64,000 nucleotides of DNA. Source: Silanimonas sp. Lineage in GTDB: Bacteria > Pseudomonadota > Gammaproteobacteria > Xanthomonadales > Xanthomonadaceae. Shown here piece after piece: positions 19,844 through 30,101 of this stretch (position 1 is its first letter; each line of letters starts with the position of its first letter). The translations under genes and the position numbers were made by a program. Where the stretch lies: contig NZ_JAPZQK010000023.1 in NCBI RefSeq assembly GCF_027530345.1, forward strand, positions 19,767 through 83,766, in the 5' to 3' direction. Under the pieces are notes generated by a model. The model had not been told where the DNA came from and did not search any database. It saw only the letters and a program-made list of their open reading frames with translations.

Positions 19844-22605
19844 TCGGAAGCCTCCAGACGGCTCGGGGGACGGGGCGCGAGGCGGCCGACGATCACCAGC
19901 AGGCCGCCGACGGTGAGGAAGGACACGATGCCGAGCAAGTCGCCGAGGTTCTCGCGGTCGACCAGCAGCAGCTTCAGGAGCACGGCCACCAGCAGCAGCG
20001 CGCCGAAGGTCCACAGCGGGCGGCTGCCGCGGCGCGAGCCGAGGACCCAGCACACCACGCCGGCGAGCGACCACACCACGCTCAGCGCAGCTTGCGAGAC
20101 GGTCCACGATGCGACATCCCACCAATCCACCGAGGTCATCCACGGCGTGCCTGCCAAGCCCTCGGCGCCCCAATGCCAGGACGCCCGCAGGGTCGCCATG
20201 GTCATCAACGTGAACACTGCGGCTCCCAATGCCACGGCCGCGATGGGCCGGGTCGGGGCCTGGGCGGGCAGGCCCTTCAGCCAGGCCGCCAGACCCAGCA
20301 CGCCGATCAGCTGGAACAGCTCGACCGGGTTGAGCAGCGGCACCCAAGGCAGCGGCGCCGCGGTGCCGGCCACCACCTGGGTCACGACCCAGACCGAACC
20401 AAGCACAAGCAACGCAAGGCCAAGCGCGATGCGGCGGTAGGCCTGGGCATCCGTGCCCACCGGCCATGCCGCGAGCGTCGGGCGACGCAGCAGCAACGCC
20501 GTGAGCGCGGCGAGGGGTAGCCACGGCAGGATCCAGCGCCAGCCGTCCCCGAGGGCCTCGGCGTTGATCGCCTCCAGCCCTTCGCGGATCCCGAGGCCCA
20601 GGGCCAAGGTGAGGGCCGCCAAGGCACTGATGTGGGTTGTGGCTTGTCGGCCGGTGAGGCCGCGCATCGTGGGAAGCACCGCGACCATGGCCACGGCCAG
20701 CGCGAGCTGGGTGAAACCCCGGGGCTGCGACAACCAGGACGACGATTCGAGGTAGGCCACGACGACGGCGAAAACGGCGGTCGGCATGGCCAGCGCCGGC
20801 AGCCATGCGGGTTTGCGCCAATCGGAGAGGCGACGAAGCCCGGCGGCCAGCAGTGCACTGAGTGCAACGAACAACAGCCAACCCGCGCCGAGCTCGAGAT
20901 CCGCCCCGCCAGTAGAGGCGTAGACATTGTCGAGGCGCTCCACTTCCCGCACGCCCGCCCAGAACCACCAGCCGAGGGCCGCGGCCGCGAGCAGCGCGCC
21001 ACCGGCCGAGCGCTGGTTCTCGTGCGCCCGGTCGAGCAGCCACGCGCAGGCCCCTGCACCGGCGACGAGCAGCAGCAGGTTCAGCGTGTGCGCGTTGAGC
21101 ACGGCCGTGGCGTCATGACCATGCTCGAACGAGGCGACGTAGGCCAAGCCCGCCAGCACCTGCAGGCCGACACCTGCGGCCTGCGGCCAGCGCCGCTGCT
21201 GCGTCTGCCCGAGCCACAGCAGGGCCACGCCCTGCAGCGCCCAGGTGGCCGACGTCCAACGTGCGGAAAGCGCCAGCGGCACGGCGAGGGTGGCGAAGGC
21301 GAGGCCGAGGGCCGCTGCGCTCTGGCCAAGCACGCGCAGTTTTTCCTCGCGCCGCGACCACAGGGCCAGCAGGAGGTACACCGCGGCAACCGCGAGGGCC
21401 GAGAACGCCAGGGGCATCGTTTCGCCATCGAGCAGCGCCACCTGCATCGGGAAGGCGACCAGTGGCGTACCGAACAAAAGGGTCGCGTCGACTTTGCCGG
21501 GTTCACGGCCCTTCAAGGCGTAGGCCACCGGGATGGTGACGTACATCAGGAAGAAGGCGACGAGGAACGGCTCGGTCGTGCTGAACAGTTCGGGGCGGAA
21601 GTACTTCGCGCCCCACAGCGCACCGACGCCGAAGGTGAACACGAAGCCCATCAGGTTCAGCGCACGCCACGGGCGCACCCAAGCCATGGCGAAGACGGCG
21701 CCATTGAGCAGCCCGTAGTAGCTGAAGAGCGCGACGTGGTTGCCACTGCCGGTCGAGAGCAGGATCGGCGCGAGGTAGCCGCCGAGGAATCCGATGACCG
21801 CGAGCCACACCGCGTTCTGGCGGATGGCGAGAACGGCTGCACTGGCGACCAGCACCAGCACGAGGCCGAACGCGAGGGCGGCAGGCAGCAAGTCCGGAAC
21901 GCGGAAGCTGCCGAACACCGTCAGCAGCAGGATGCCGATCGCGCCGCCCTGCAAGCTGAGCCCGAAGGCCGGGCGCTCGCGCGCCTGCTTCAATCCGTAG
22001 ACGAGCATCGCGATGGCCGCCAGCGCGATGCCCGCGTAGCGCATCGACACGGGCACGGTGAGCCAGCCCGCGCTCGCGGCATAGCGGATCAGCGCGGCGA
22101 CACCGAACAGCGACACGAGGAGGCCGAGCTTGACCGGCACGTTGCCTTCGAAAAGGAAGGCCCGCAGGCGCGCCGCGAAACGCTCGATCGCATCGGGCTC
22201 GACCGGCGGCGCGCGCGAGGCGGCAGGACGCGGGGCAGCGCGCTCGAAAGCGGGCGAGGGGCTCGGGGTGGCCGCTGGCTTCGCGTCGACCATCGAAGGA
22301 ATCGGCGGCGGGTCCTCGGGCGTCGGCGCCGGCGCCGGCGCGGGCGACGACGATTCCGCCACCGTTCGCGAGGGCTCCGGTGTCGGGGCTTCTGCCGGAC
22401 GGGCCCGCGATTCAGGCTGCGGGCCACGCCGCGCTTCAAGGTCGCGAAGTCGCGCCGTCAGCGCATCGATGCGGCTGGACTGGCGATGCAGCAAGCCGAG
22501 CGCGGCAACGATGAGGAAGCCCGCGCCGAAGCCAAACAAGGCCTCCGCCTCGGACGCCAGCAAGGCGCCCATCAGGGCCGCGGCGAATGCGAGCACCCAA
22601 ATCAT
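19840..22605 (-). CDS. DUF2339 family polytopic membrane protein
   Basis: FEGNVPVKLG, LQGGAIG, GGYLAPILLSTGSGNHVALFSY and a C-terminal KLLLVD...IVSFLTVGGLL; many TM helices. Confidence 0.85.
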   Translation of the reverse strand: MIWVLAFAAALMGALLASEAEALFGFGAGFLIVAALGLLHRQSSRIDALTARLRDLEARRGPQPESRARPAEAPTPEPSRTVAESSSPAPAPAPTPEDPPPIPSMVDAKPAATPSPSPAFERAAPRPAASRAPPVEPDAIERFAARLRAFLFEGNVPVKLGLLVSLFGVAALIRYAASAGWLTVPVSMRYAGIALAAIAMLVYGLKQARERPAFGLSLQGGAIGILLLTVFGSFRVPDLLPAALAFGLVLVLVASAAVLAIRQNAVWLAVIGFLGGYLAPILLSTGSGNHVALFSYYGLLNGAVFAMAWVRPWRALNLMGFVFTFGVGALWGAKYFRPELFSTTEPFLVAFFLMYVTIPVAYALKGREPGKVDATLLFGTPLVAFPMQVALLDGETMPLAFSALAVAAVYLLLALWSRREEKLRVLGQSAAALGLAFATLAVPLALSARWTSATWALQGVALLWLGQTQQRRWPQAAGVGLQVLAGLAYVASFEHGHDATAVLNAHTLNLLLLVAGAGACAWLLDRAHENQRSAGGALLAAAALGWWFWAGVREVERLDNVYASTGGADLELGAGWLLFVALSALLAAGLRRLSDWRKPAWLPALAMPTAVFAVVVAYLESSSWLSQPRGFTQLALAVAMVAVLPTMRGLTGRQATTHISALAALTLALGLGIREGLEAINAEALGDGWRWILPWLPLAALTALLLRRPTLAAWPVGTDAQAYRRIALGLALLVLGSVWVVTQVVAGTAAPLPWVPLLNPVELFQLIGVLGLAAWLKGLPAQAPTRPIAAVALGAAVFTLMTMATLRASWHWGAEGLAGTPWMTSVDWWDVASWTVSQAALSVVWSLAGVVCWVLGSRRGSRPLWTFGALLLVAVLLKLLLVDRENLGDLLGIVSFLTVGGLLVIVGRLAPRPPSRLEASE

Positions 22606-22777
22606 TGAACGCGTCTCCCCGCGCGTGAAGTCCGCCGCAGTTCATCCGGATTGGGGCGGGACGTCAACGACGCGTCGACGAGGTACGCATGCGTCTCGGG
22701 TGGCAGCACGCGGAAGCGCGGATTCCGCTACCTGTGGTCCGCCGCCGATCACCGCGGCGCTGCCAGGGACGAAAACG

Positions 22778-22800
22778 CAAAACCCGCCTTTCGGCGGGTT
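22778..22800 (-). terminator. Intrinsic terminator after tRNA-Pro
   Basis: AACCCGCC-TTTC-GGCGGGTT hairpin with an A-run giving a U tract on the minus strand. Confidence 0.8.
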
Positions 22801-22814
22801 CGGCTTGGAACTTT

Positions 22815-22891
<77 letters not shown>

Positions 22892-22904
22892 ACGGGAGCC
22901 GCAA

Positions 22905-22933
22905 AGAATAGAGGGATTCGCCCCTTATCGCAA
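22905..22933 (-). promoter_or_regulatory. Sigma70 promoter of tRNA-Pro
   Basis: On the minus strand: TTGCGA, 17 nt, TATTCT, then a GC-rich discriminator. Confidence 0.7.
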
Positions 22934-23067
22934 GTCCCCCGAGATGGTGACGCGGTGGCACGGCAGCCGACTCGGCCGCGGACCGTCGCGCCCCTCGGGG
23001 CCACTGCGCCGCCTTGCGGTCGATTTGCGACAATCGGCGGTCTTTCGATATCCCCCGGAGAGTCCGC

Positions 23068-24447
23068 GTGATCAAGCCCCGCACCCCGCCCGGCGTCCTG
23101 GAGCTGCTGCCTCGCGACCAGATCGCCTTCCAGCGCGTGCTCGACGTGATCCGTCGCAACTACGAGCGCTTCGGTTTCCTGCCGGTCGAGACGCCGGTAT
23201 TCGAACTCACCGATGTGCTGCTGACGAAGAGCGGCGGCGAAACCGAGCGCCAGGTGTACTTCGCCCAATCCACCGGCGCGCTGGAGAAGAAGGAGGAGGG
23301 CCTGCCGGAACTCGCCCTGCGCTTCGACCTCACGGTGCCGCTGGCGCGATACGTCGCCGAGCACGAACACGACCTCGCGTTCCCGTTCCGCCGCTATCAG
23401 ATGCAGCGCGTCTACCGCGGCGAGCGCCAGCAGCGCGGGCGCTTCCGCGAGTTCTACCAGTGCGATATCGACGTGATCGGCAAGGACGCGCTCTCGGTGC
23501 GCCATGACGCCGAAATGCCGGCAGTGATCCACGCGATCTTCGCCGAACTCGGCATCGGCAAGTTCACCATCCAGATGAACAACCGCAAGCTGATGCGCGG
23601 CTTCTTCGAGCGCCTCGGCGTGGCGGATGGCGCCCTGCAGATGTCGGTGCTGCGCGAGGTCGACAAGATCGACAAGCGTGGCGCCGACTACGTGCGCGAC
23701 ACGCTGACCGGCGAGGGCTTCGGCCTCTCTGCCGAGGCGGTGGCGCAGATCCTCGCCTTCGTCTCGGTCCGCTCGAACGGCCACGACGACGCGCTCGCGA
23801 AACTTGACGCCCTCGGCGGCGGCAACGCCACGCTGGAGCAGGGCGTCGCCGAGCTGCGCGAAGTCCTGTCGCTGGTGAAGGCGCTGGGCGTTCCTGAAGC
23901 CGACTACGCGATCAACTTCTCGATCGCGCGCGGCCTCGACTACTACACCGGCACCGTCTACGAGACGACGCTCGACGCCCACCCGCAGATCGGCTCGATC
24001 TGTTCGGGTGGCCGCTACGACAACCTCGCCAGCCACTACACGAAGTCGCACCTGCCGGGCGTCGGCATTTCCATCGGCGTCACCCGGCTGTTCTGGCAGC
24101 TGCGCGAAGCCGGGCTTGTCGCCACCGCTGAGAGCAGCGTGGAGTGCCTCGTCGCCCTGATGGACGATGCCGGCCTCGCCGATGCCCTGGCGCTCGGCAG
24201 CCGCCTGCGCACTGGCGGCATCAATGCCGAAGTTCAGCTCGAGCCGAAGAAGCTCGCCAAGCAGTTCCAGTACGCCGACCGCGCCGGCATCCGCTTCGTG
24301 CTGCTGCGTGGCGAGGACGAGCTGGCCAAGGGCACCGTCGCGGTGAAGGACCTGCGCCGCAACGAGCAGTTCGAAGTCGCGGAATCCGAGCTGGTGGCCG
24401 CGCTGAAGGTCGAACTGGCGCAGCAACGTGCGCTCGCGGGGCGCTGA
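23068..24447 (+). CDS. hisS: Histidine--tRNA ligase
   Basis: [42 protein letters not shown] and GGRYDNL motifs; GTG start after GGAG. Confidence 0.97.
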   Translation: MIKPRTPPGVLELLPRDQIAFQRVLDVIRRNYERFGFLPVETPVFELTDVLLTKSGGETERQVYFAQSTGALEKKEEGLPELALRFDLTVPLARYVAEHEHDLAFPFRRYQMQRVYRGERQQRGRFREFYQCDIDVIGKDALSVRHDAEMPAVIHAIFAELGIGKFTIQMNNRKLMRGFFERLGVADGALQMSVLREVDKIDKRGADYVRDTLTGEGFGLSAEAVAQILAFVSVRSNGHDDALAKLDALGGGNATLEQGVAELREVLSLVKALGVPEADYAINFSIARGLDYYTGTVYETTLDAHPQIGSICSGGRYDNLASHYTKSHLPGVGISIGVTRLFWQLREAGLVATAESSVECLVALMDDAGLADALALGSRLRTGGINAEVQLEPKKLAKQFQYADRAGIRFVLLRGEDELAKGTVAVKDLRRNEQFEVAESELVAALKVELAQQRALAGR

Positions 24448-24448
24448 C

Positions 24449-26323
24449 GTGGCCGCCGCTCCCCAAGCCATCCGCCTCGACGGCGCGTCCCTCACCCGCG
24501 AACAGGTCGTGGCTGTCGCGCGCGGCGCATCGGTCGTGCTCGATGCGACGCAGCTCCGCGCCGTGCAGCGCACCGCGGATTTCCTCGCCGAGCAGGTCCG
24601 CCGGCAGGAGCCGCTCTATGGCGTTTCGACCGGTTTCGGCAGCAATGCCGATCGGCTGCTGGGCGCGCACCGCCTTCGCGGCGACGGCGATGCCGGCACC
24701 ACGCTGCACGAGGAGCTGCAGGAAAACCTGATCACCACGCATGCGGTCTGCATCGGCGAACCCTTTCCCGAGGACGTCGTGCGCGCGATGCTTGTCATCC
24801 GCATCAACACGCTGATGAAGGGCCATTCCGGCGTGCGTTCCAGCACGCTCGAGGCCTATGCCGCCATGCTCAACGCCGGCATCGTGCCGGTGGTGCCGAA
24901 GTTGGGTTCGGTGGGCGCGAGCGGCGACCTCGCCCCGCTGTCGCACCTCGCGATCGTGTTGCTGGGGCAGGGCGAAGCCTTCTTCCGTGGCGAACGGCTG
25001 CCGGGCGGCGAGGCGCTGAAGCGCGCTGGGCTCTCCCCGATCCGCCTCTCGTACAAGGAAGGCCTCGCGCTCAACAACGGTACGGCGCAGATGCTGGCTA
25101 CGGCCGTGCTCTGCGCGGCGCGCCTCGAGACGCTCGTGGACCTCGCCGACCGCTGCGCGGCCATGACGATCGACGCCTTCGCCGGTCGCCGACGGGCGTT
25201 CGATGCCCACGTGCACGCATTGCGCCCGCATCCCGGGCAGGTGGCCAGTGCGGCGAACCTGCGGACGTTGCTCGACAGCTCGACCCTCTCCGACATCGCC
25301 TACCACCTCGTGCCACGCGCGAAGCCTTGGCTACCGTCGAGCTGGCCGAATGCCTCGCTCGCCGCGCTGAGCTTCGATATCGGCTGGGACTGGGTGCCCG
25401 CCGACCAACGCCATGGCCGCGAGCGCTTCTACCAGCGCTTCAAACCCTTCCGTGGCGGCAAGAAGCACCAGCCGCAGGACAGCTACAGCCTGCGTTGCGC
25501 CCCGCAGGTGCACGGTGCGGTACGCGATGCGCTGGCCCAGTTGCAGCGGGTCGTCGATGTCGAGCTCAACGCCGTGACCGACAACCCGCTGATCTTCCCG
25601 GACCTCGAAGGCGCGAAGCACATCGAGGACCAGGTGGTCTCTGCCGGTCACTTCCATGGCATGCCGATCGCGTTGGCGATGAGTTACGTCAAGGCGGCGA
25701 TCCCCGTGCTGGCGTCGATCTCGGAGCGCCGCCTCAACAAGCTGGTCGACCCGGCCACCAACGACGGGCTGCCGGCCTTCCTGAGCGGCAACGAGGACGG
25801 CACGGATTCGGGCTACATGATCGTGCAGTACACGGCGGCGGCCATCGTCAACGACCTCGCCTCGCGCGCGCATCCGGCCACGGTGTATTCCATACCCACC
25901 AGTGCCAACGCCGAGGACCACGTCTCCATGGGCGCGAACGAAGGCCGCCACGTGCTGGACATGAGCGCGGACCTCGCCAAAGTGCTCGCACTGGAGCTGA
26001 TGACCGCGGCGCAGGCGCTGGATTTCCGCCGCGACATGATCGAAGCCGCGCGGCGCTTGGCCCGCGAAGCCGACCTGGCGACGTTCGCGTCGAAGGTCGG
26101 CAACGCTCCGCCCGATCCGCATCCGCAGCGGGCGCAGTTCCTGGCCGAGTGCGATGCCCTCCGTGCCGAACTCGCCTCGTCGCCGGGCTTTGCGCCGGGC
26201 CGAGAGGTGGCCGACCTGCACGCGGCCTTCCGAGCGAAAGTGGCCTTCCTCGGCAAGGACCGTGCCCTCGACGGCGACGTCGCCGCCGCCGTGGACTTCG
26301 TCGAGGCCTTGCTGGCGCGCTGA
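24449..26323 (+). CDS. hutH: MIO-dependent aromatic amino acid ammonia-lyase, histidase-like
   Basis: YGVSTGFG, GASGDL (ASG/MIO), KEGLALNNGT, QDSYSLRC and ANAEDHVSMG motifs. Confidence 0.8.
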   Translation: MAAAPQAIRLDGASLTREQVVAVARGASVVLDATQLRAVQRTADFLAEQVRRQEPLYGVSTGFGSNADRLLGAHRLRGDGDAGTTLHEELQENLITTHAVCIGEPFPEDVVRAMLVIRINTLMKGHSGVRSSTLEAYAAMLNAGIVPVVPKLGSVGASGDLAPLSHLAIVLLGQGEAFFRGERLPGGEALKRAGLSPIRLSYKEGLALNNGTAQMLATAVLCAARLETLVDLADRCAAMTIDAFAGRRRAFDAHVHALRPHPGQVASAANLRTLLDSSTLSDIAYHLVPRAKPWLPSSWPNASLAALSFDIGWDWVPADQRHGRERFYQRFKPFRGGKKHQPQDSYSLRCAPQVHGAVRDALAQLQRVVDVELNAVTDNPLIFPDLEGAKHIEDQVVSAGHFHGMPIALAMSYVKAAIPVLASISERRLNKLVDPATNDGLPAFLSGNEDGTDSGYMIVQYTAAAIVNDLASRAHPATVYSIPTSANAEDHVSMGANEGRHVLDMSADLAKVLALELMTAAQALDFRRDMIEAARRLAREADLATFASKVGNAPPDPHPQRAQFLAECDALRAELASSPGFAPGREVADLHAAFRAKVAFLGKDRALDGDVAAAVDFVEALLAR

Positions 26324-26324
26324 A

Positions 26325-27461
26325 TCAGCGGGCCAGCAGTTCCACCTTCGCGACCTGCCCGTTGCGGGCGTCGGTCAGGACATACAGCGCGCCGTCCGGG
26401 CCCTGGCGAACGTCACGGATGCGCTCGTTCCAGTCGTCGAGCAGCACCTCGGTGTCCGCCACGCGCTCGCCATCCAGCACCAACCGCTGGAGGTGCGTCA
26501 GCGCCAGCGAACCGACGAAGGCGTTGCCCTTCCACGCCGGGAAGCGGTCGGCCGTGTAGAACGCGAAGCCCGAGGCGCCGATCGACGGCGTCCACTGATG
26601 CAGCGGCTGCTCCATGCCGTCCTTTTCCTTGAGGCCGTCGCCGATCGTGGTGCCGTTGTAGTTGATGCCGTAGGTGATCACTGGCCAGCCGTAGTTGCGG
26701 CCGGCGCGCGGAACGTTGATCTCGTCGCCGCCGCGCGGGCCGTGCTCGTGCGTCCAGACGAGGCCGGTCTGCGGGTGCAGGGCCATGCCCTGGATGTTGC
26801 GATGGCCATAGCTGAACACGCCCGGATGCGTGCCGGCCCGTGCAGCCAGCGGTAGCGCCGTCGCGGGCGTGCCATCGTCGTTGAGCTTGAACAGCTTGCC
26901 CTGGCCGCGGGTGAGGTCCTGGGCGCTGTCCTGCATGCCGCGGTCGCCGGTGCTTACCCAGAGCTGGCCGCTGCGGTCGAACACCAGGCGCGAGCCATAG
27001 TGGAAGCCGGTGTCGACTTTCGGCGACTGCCGGAAGATCACCTGGACGTCCCGCAGGGTCTCGCCGTCGAGCCGGCCGCGCGCCACCGAGGTGCCGGCGC
27101 CGCCGCTGCCGGGCTCCGAGAAGCTCAGGTACACCAGACCGTTCTCGGCGAACTTCGGATGCAGCACGACATCGAGCAGGCCGCCCTGGCCGCGGGCCTG
27201 TACGCGCGGAACGCCCGCAATGGGGCGGGAGAGCGTGCCGTCGGCATTGACGATCCGGAGGCGGCCCGGCCGCTCCGTCACCAGCATCCGGCCATCGGGC
27301 AGGAAAGCGAGACCCCAGGGGTGCTCGAGGCCTTCGGCTACGGTCGTCACCCTGACGGGGCCGTTCTCGCTCGCGAAGTCGCGGGACTCCGCGGCGAGCG
27401 TCGACGCGGCGGGAAGGGCCAAGGCAAGGGCGAGGAAGGCTGCGAGCGGGCGTCGGGTCAT
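26325..27461 (-). CDS. PQQ-dependent sugar dehydrogenase (YliI/GSDH family), copy 1
   Basis: GLEHPWGLAFLPDG, GQGGLLDV, YGHRNIQG, HGPRGGDEIN and RIRDVRQGPDG motifs. Confidence 0.9.
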   Translation of the reverse strand: MTRRPLAAFLALALALPAASTLAAESRDFASENGPVRVTTVAEGLEHPWGLAFLPDGRMLVTERPGRLRIVNADGTLSRPIAGVPRVQARGQGGLLDVVLHPKFAENGLVYLSFSEPGSGGAGTSVARGRLDGETLRDVQVIFRQSPKVDTGFHYGSRLVFDRSGQLWVSTGDRGMQDSAQDLTRGQGKLFKLNDDGTPATALPLAARAGTHPGVFSYGHRNIQGMALHPQTGLVWTHEHGPRGGDEINVPRAGRNYGWPVITYGINYNGTTIGDGLKEKDGMEQPLHQWTPSIGASGFAFYTADRFPAWKGNAFVGSLALTHLQRLVLDGERVADTEVLLDDWNERIRDVRQGPDGALYVLTDARNGQVAKVELLAR

Positions 27462-27517
27462 GGGTGGCGGATTCAGGAAGGTCAGCGGAGTGTCACGGCG
27501 TCGGCATCAAGGGCGCG

Positions 27518-28768
27518 TCACCGGGCCTGCCGAACGGATTTAGCCGGGATTCGGTCCTCGCCGGACGGTGCCGCCGGAGGCAGGGTCACGGGGCGCTTCG
27601 CGCGCGGCGTGACCGTCGGCGGCTCGATGCGGAGCACGCGGCCGTTGCTGTCGTCGGTCAGGGCGTAGACATTGCCGTCCGCGCCGACACGCACGTCGCG
27701 GATGCGCCAGTTCAGGCCCGAGAGCAGTTGCTCCTGCGCCACGACGCGGTTATCGGCATCGAGACGGAGCCGATGGACGCTTCGCGAGACGAGCCCGCCC
27801 ACCAGCACGCTGCCCATCCACTCCGGCGATTTCGGGTGGTTGTAGAAGGCGAGGCCGCTCGTACCGATCGAGGGAACCCAGTAGTGCTGTGGTTGCTCGA
27901 GGCCGGCTGCACTGGTGCCCGTGGCTTCCGGAATCGGGCGGTCGTCGTAGCCGATGCCCCAGGTGATCGTCGGCCAGCCGTAGTTGAGGCCGCGGCCGAC
28001 GCGGTTGAGTTCGTCGCCGCCCTTCGGGCCGTGCTCGTTCATCCACAGCTGTCCGGTCACAGGATGGAAGGCCATGCCCTGCGGGCTCCGGTGGCCGGTG
28101 GACCAGATCTCCGGCAGCCACGCGCTGTTGCCGACGAAGGGATTGTCGGCGGGCACGGTACCGTCGGTACGGATGCGGAGGATCTTGCCTTGGTGCTGGT
28201 TCTGCCGCTGCGCGGTCGCATTGCTGAAGTTGTCGCCCGAGCTGACGTAGAGGAATCCATCAGGGCCGAACGCGAGGCGCGAACCGAAATGCCCCTGCGT
28301 GTTGAGCTTGGGCGTCACGCGGAAGATCACGCTGCCATTCACGAGGCCGGTGCCACCCGCGTTCAACTCGGCCCGAAACACCGCGGTGCCGGCCGTACCG
28401 TTCGTCCCCGGCTCGGCGAAGCTGAGGTAAACGCGACGGTTGGTGGCGAAGGCCGGATCGAGTGCCACGTCCAGCAGGCCGCCCTGGCCCTGGGCGAACA
28501 CCGCGGGCACGCCGGTGAGGGCGGTGGAGACACCGCCCTGCGGCGTGACGACCCTCAGGCGCCCCGGACGCTCGCTGACGAGGAAACTGCCGTCCGGCAG
28601 GAAGGCGAGGCCCCAGGCGTTCTGCAGACCCGTGGCGATGGTCGTGACGCGCACGGTGCCGAGTTGGCTGCTCGTGTTCTGGGTGTTGGCCTGCGCCGCG
28701 GCGGCCGAGGGCCAGAGAGCGGTGGCAACCAGGGAGCCGAGGGCGATGACGAGTGCAGTCCGGCGCAT
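27518..28768 (-). CDS. PQQ-dependent sugar dehydrogenase (YliI/GSDH family), copy 2
   Basis: AWGLAFLPDG, GQGGLLDV, TGHRSPQG, HGPKGGDELN and RIRDVRVGADG motifs. Confidence 0.9.
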   Translation of the reverse strand: MRRTALVIALGSLVATALWPSAAAAQANTQNTSSQLGTVRVTTIATGLQNAWGLAFLPDGSFLVSERPGRLRVVTPQGGVSTALTGVPAVFAQGQGGLLDVALDPAFATNRRVYLSFAEPGTNGTAGTAVFRAELNAGGTGLVNGSVIFRVTPKLNTQGHFGSRLAFGPDGFLYVSSGDNFSNATAQRQNQHQGKILRIRTDGTVPADNPFVGNSAWLPEIWSTGHRSPQGMAFHPVTGQLWMNEHGPKGGDELNRVGRGLNYGWPTITWGIGYDDRPIPEATGTSAAGLEQPQHYWVPSIGTSGLAFYNHPKSPEWMGSVLVGGLVSRSVHRLRLDADNRVVAQEQLLSGLNWRIRDVRVGADGNVYALTDDSNGRVLRIEPPTVTPRAKRPVTLPPAAPSGEDRIPAKSVRQAR

Positions 28769-28825
28769 GGGGATGGCCTCCGGGGGAAGGAGGCCAGAGG
28801 CTAGCGCGCCCTCGCTGCCGCGACG

Positions 28826-30091
28826 TTAACGCGGCGTTGTTGCGCCGCGACACGCCGATGCGGCGGCGCGGCCGGCCACCACCCCGCTCGCGAAGCAGGC
28901 GGTGAGCAGGTAGCCGCCGGTCGGGGCGTCCCAGTCGAGCATTTCCCCGCAGGCGAACCAGCCGGGCAGGGCGCTCAGTCCGAGCTGCGCGTCGAGCGCG
29001 CCCATGGCGAGTCCACCCGCCGTGCTGATGGCCTCGGCGATGGGCCGCGGTGCACCGAGACGCAGGGGCAGACGCTTGATGGCCTGCGCCAAACGCCCGG
29101 CGTCCGCGAGGTCGGCAGGCGGCAGCCGCTCGCGCAGCAGGGCCGCTTTTGCGCCGTCGAGCTTCAGTCGGCGGCGCAGGACCTCGCTGAGCGAGCGACC
29201 CTCGCGAGGTTTGGCCAGCGCATCGCGGACACGCTCCAGCGGTAGCCCGGGGACGAGGTCCAGCCCGATGTCCACGTAGCCGTCCCGACGCAAGGCGGCC
29301 CGCAGGTCCGGGCCGATGGCGTAGATGAGGCTGCCTTCGATGCCGTGGGCCGACAGGACGCATTCGCCCTGCAATTGGCGTTCGCGTCCACTGGCGTCCC
29401 GCCAATGCGCGATGACCGGCTTCAGTGGTGCGCCGGCGAACTTCGTGGCGATGAAGGCGCTCCACGCCACGTCGAAGCCGCAGTTGGAGGCTTCCAGCGG
29501 CACCGTGGGCACCCCGCGCTCGGCCAGCCACGGCAGCCAAGCACCGTCGGAGCCGAGTTGCGGCCAGCTGCCCCCGCCGAGGGCCAGCACCACGGCCGGG
29601 GCCTGGAGACGTCTCGGCCCGTCGGGGCCTTCGAGCAGGGCATGACCGTCGCCATCGAATCCCTTCCAGCGTTGCCGCATGTGCATGCGGACGCCGTCCT
29701 GCTTCAGGCGGGCCACCCAGGCACGCAGCAGCGGCGCGGCCTTCATGTCGTGAGGAAAAACCCGGCCGGAGGTGCCGACGAAGGTCTCGACACCGAGTTC
29801 TCGCGCCCAGGCACGGAGCTGTTCACTGTCGAAGGCGTCCAGCCAGTGTGCGACCTCGCCTGCGCCCCGGCTGTAGCGCTGCTCGAACCGGGGGCGCGGA
29901 TCGCCATGGGTGAGATTCAATCCCCCGCGTCCGGCGATGAGGAATTTCCGGCCCACCGACGGCTTGGCCTCGAACAGGTCGACTTCGACGCCCGCACGGC
30001 GGGCCACCTCCGCGGCCATGAGACCGGCCGGCCCGCCGCCGATGATGGCGACGCCGCGGCAAACCCATACCTCGGTGTTCGCGTCGCTCAC
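28826..30091 (-). CDS. TIGR03862/HI0933-like flavoprotein
   Basis: IIGGGPAGLMAAE, GRKFLIAGRGGLNLTH, ALGGGSWPQLGSDG and GEMLDWDAPTGGYLLTACFASG motifs. Confidence 0.9.
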   Translation of the reverse strand: MSDANTEVWVCRGVAIIGGGPAGLMAAEVARRAGVEVDLFEAKPSVGRKFLIAGRGGLNLTHGDPRPRFEQRYSRGAGEVAHWLDAFDSEQLRAWARELGVETFVGTSGRVFPHDMKAAPLLRAWVARLKQDGVRMHMRQRWKGFDGDGHALLEGPDGPRRLQAPAVVLALGGGSWPQLGSDGAWLPWLAERGVPTVPLEASNCGFDVAWSAFIATKFAGAPLKPVIAHWRDASGRERQLQGECVLSAHGIEGSLIYAIGPDLRAALRRDGYVDIGLDLVPGLPLERVRDALAKPREGRSLSEVLRRRLKLDGAKAALLRERLPPADLADAGRLAQAIKRLPLRLGAPRPIAEAISTAGGLAMGALDAQLGLSALPGWFACGEMLDWDAPTGGYLLTACFASGVVAGRAAASACRGATTPR

Positions 30092-30101
30092 GGAACCGCG
30101 C

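Noticed and set aside
22664-22720. Adjacent palindromes CGACGCGTCG and ACGCATGCGT and a small hairpin
   Set aside because: Short and GC-rich, not repeated elsewhere as far as I could see; could be chance.
22944-23067. His leader peptide upstream of hisS
   Set aside because: No His-codon run and no terminator hairpin in the leader.
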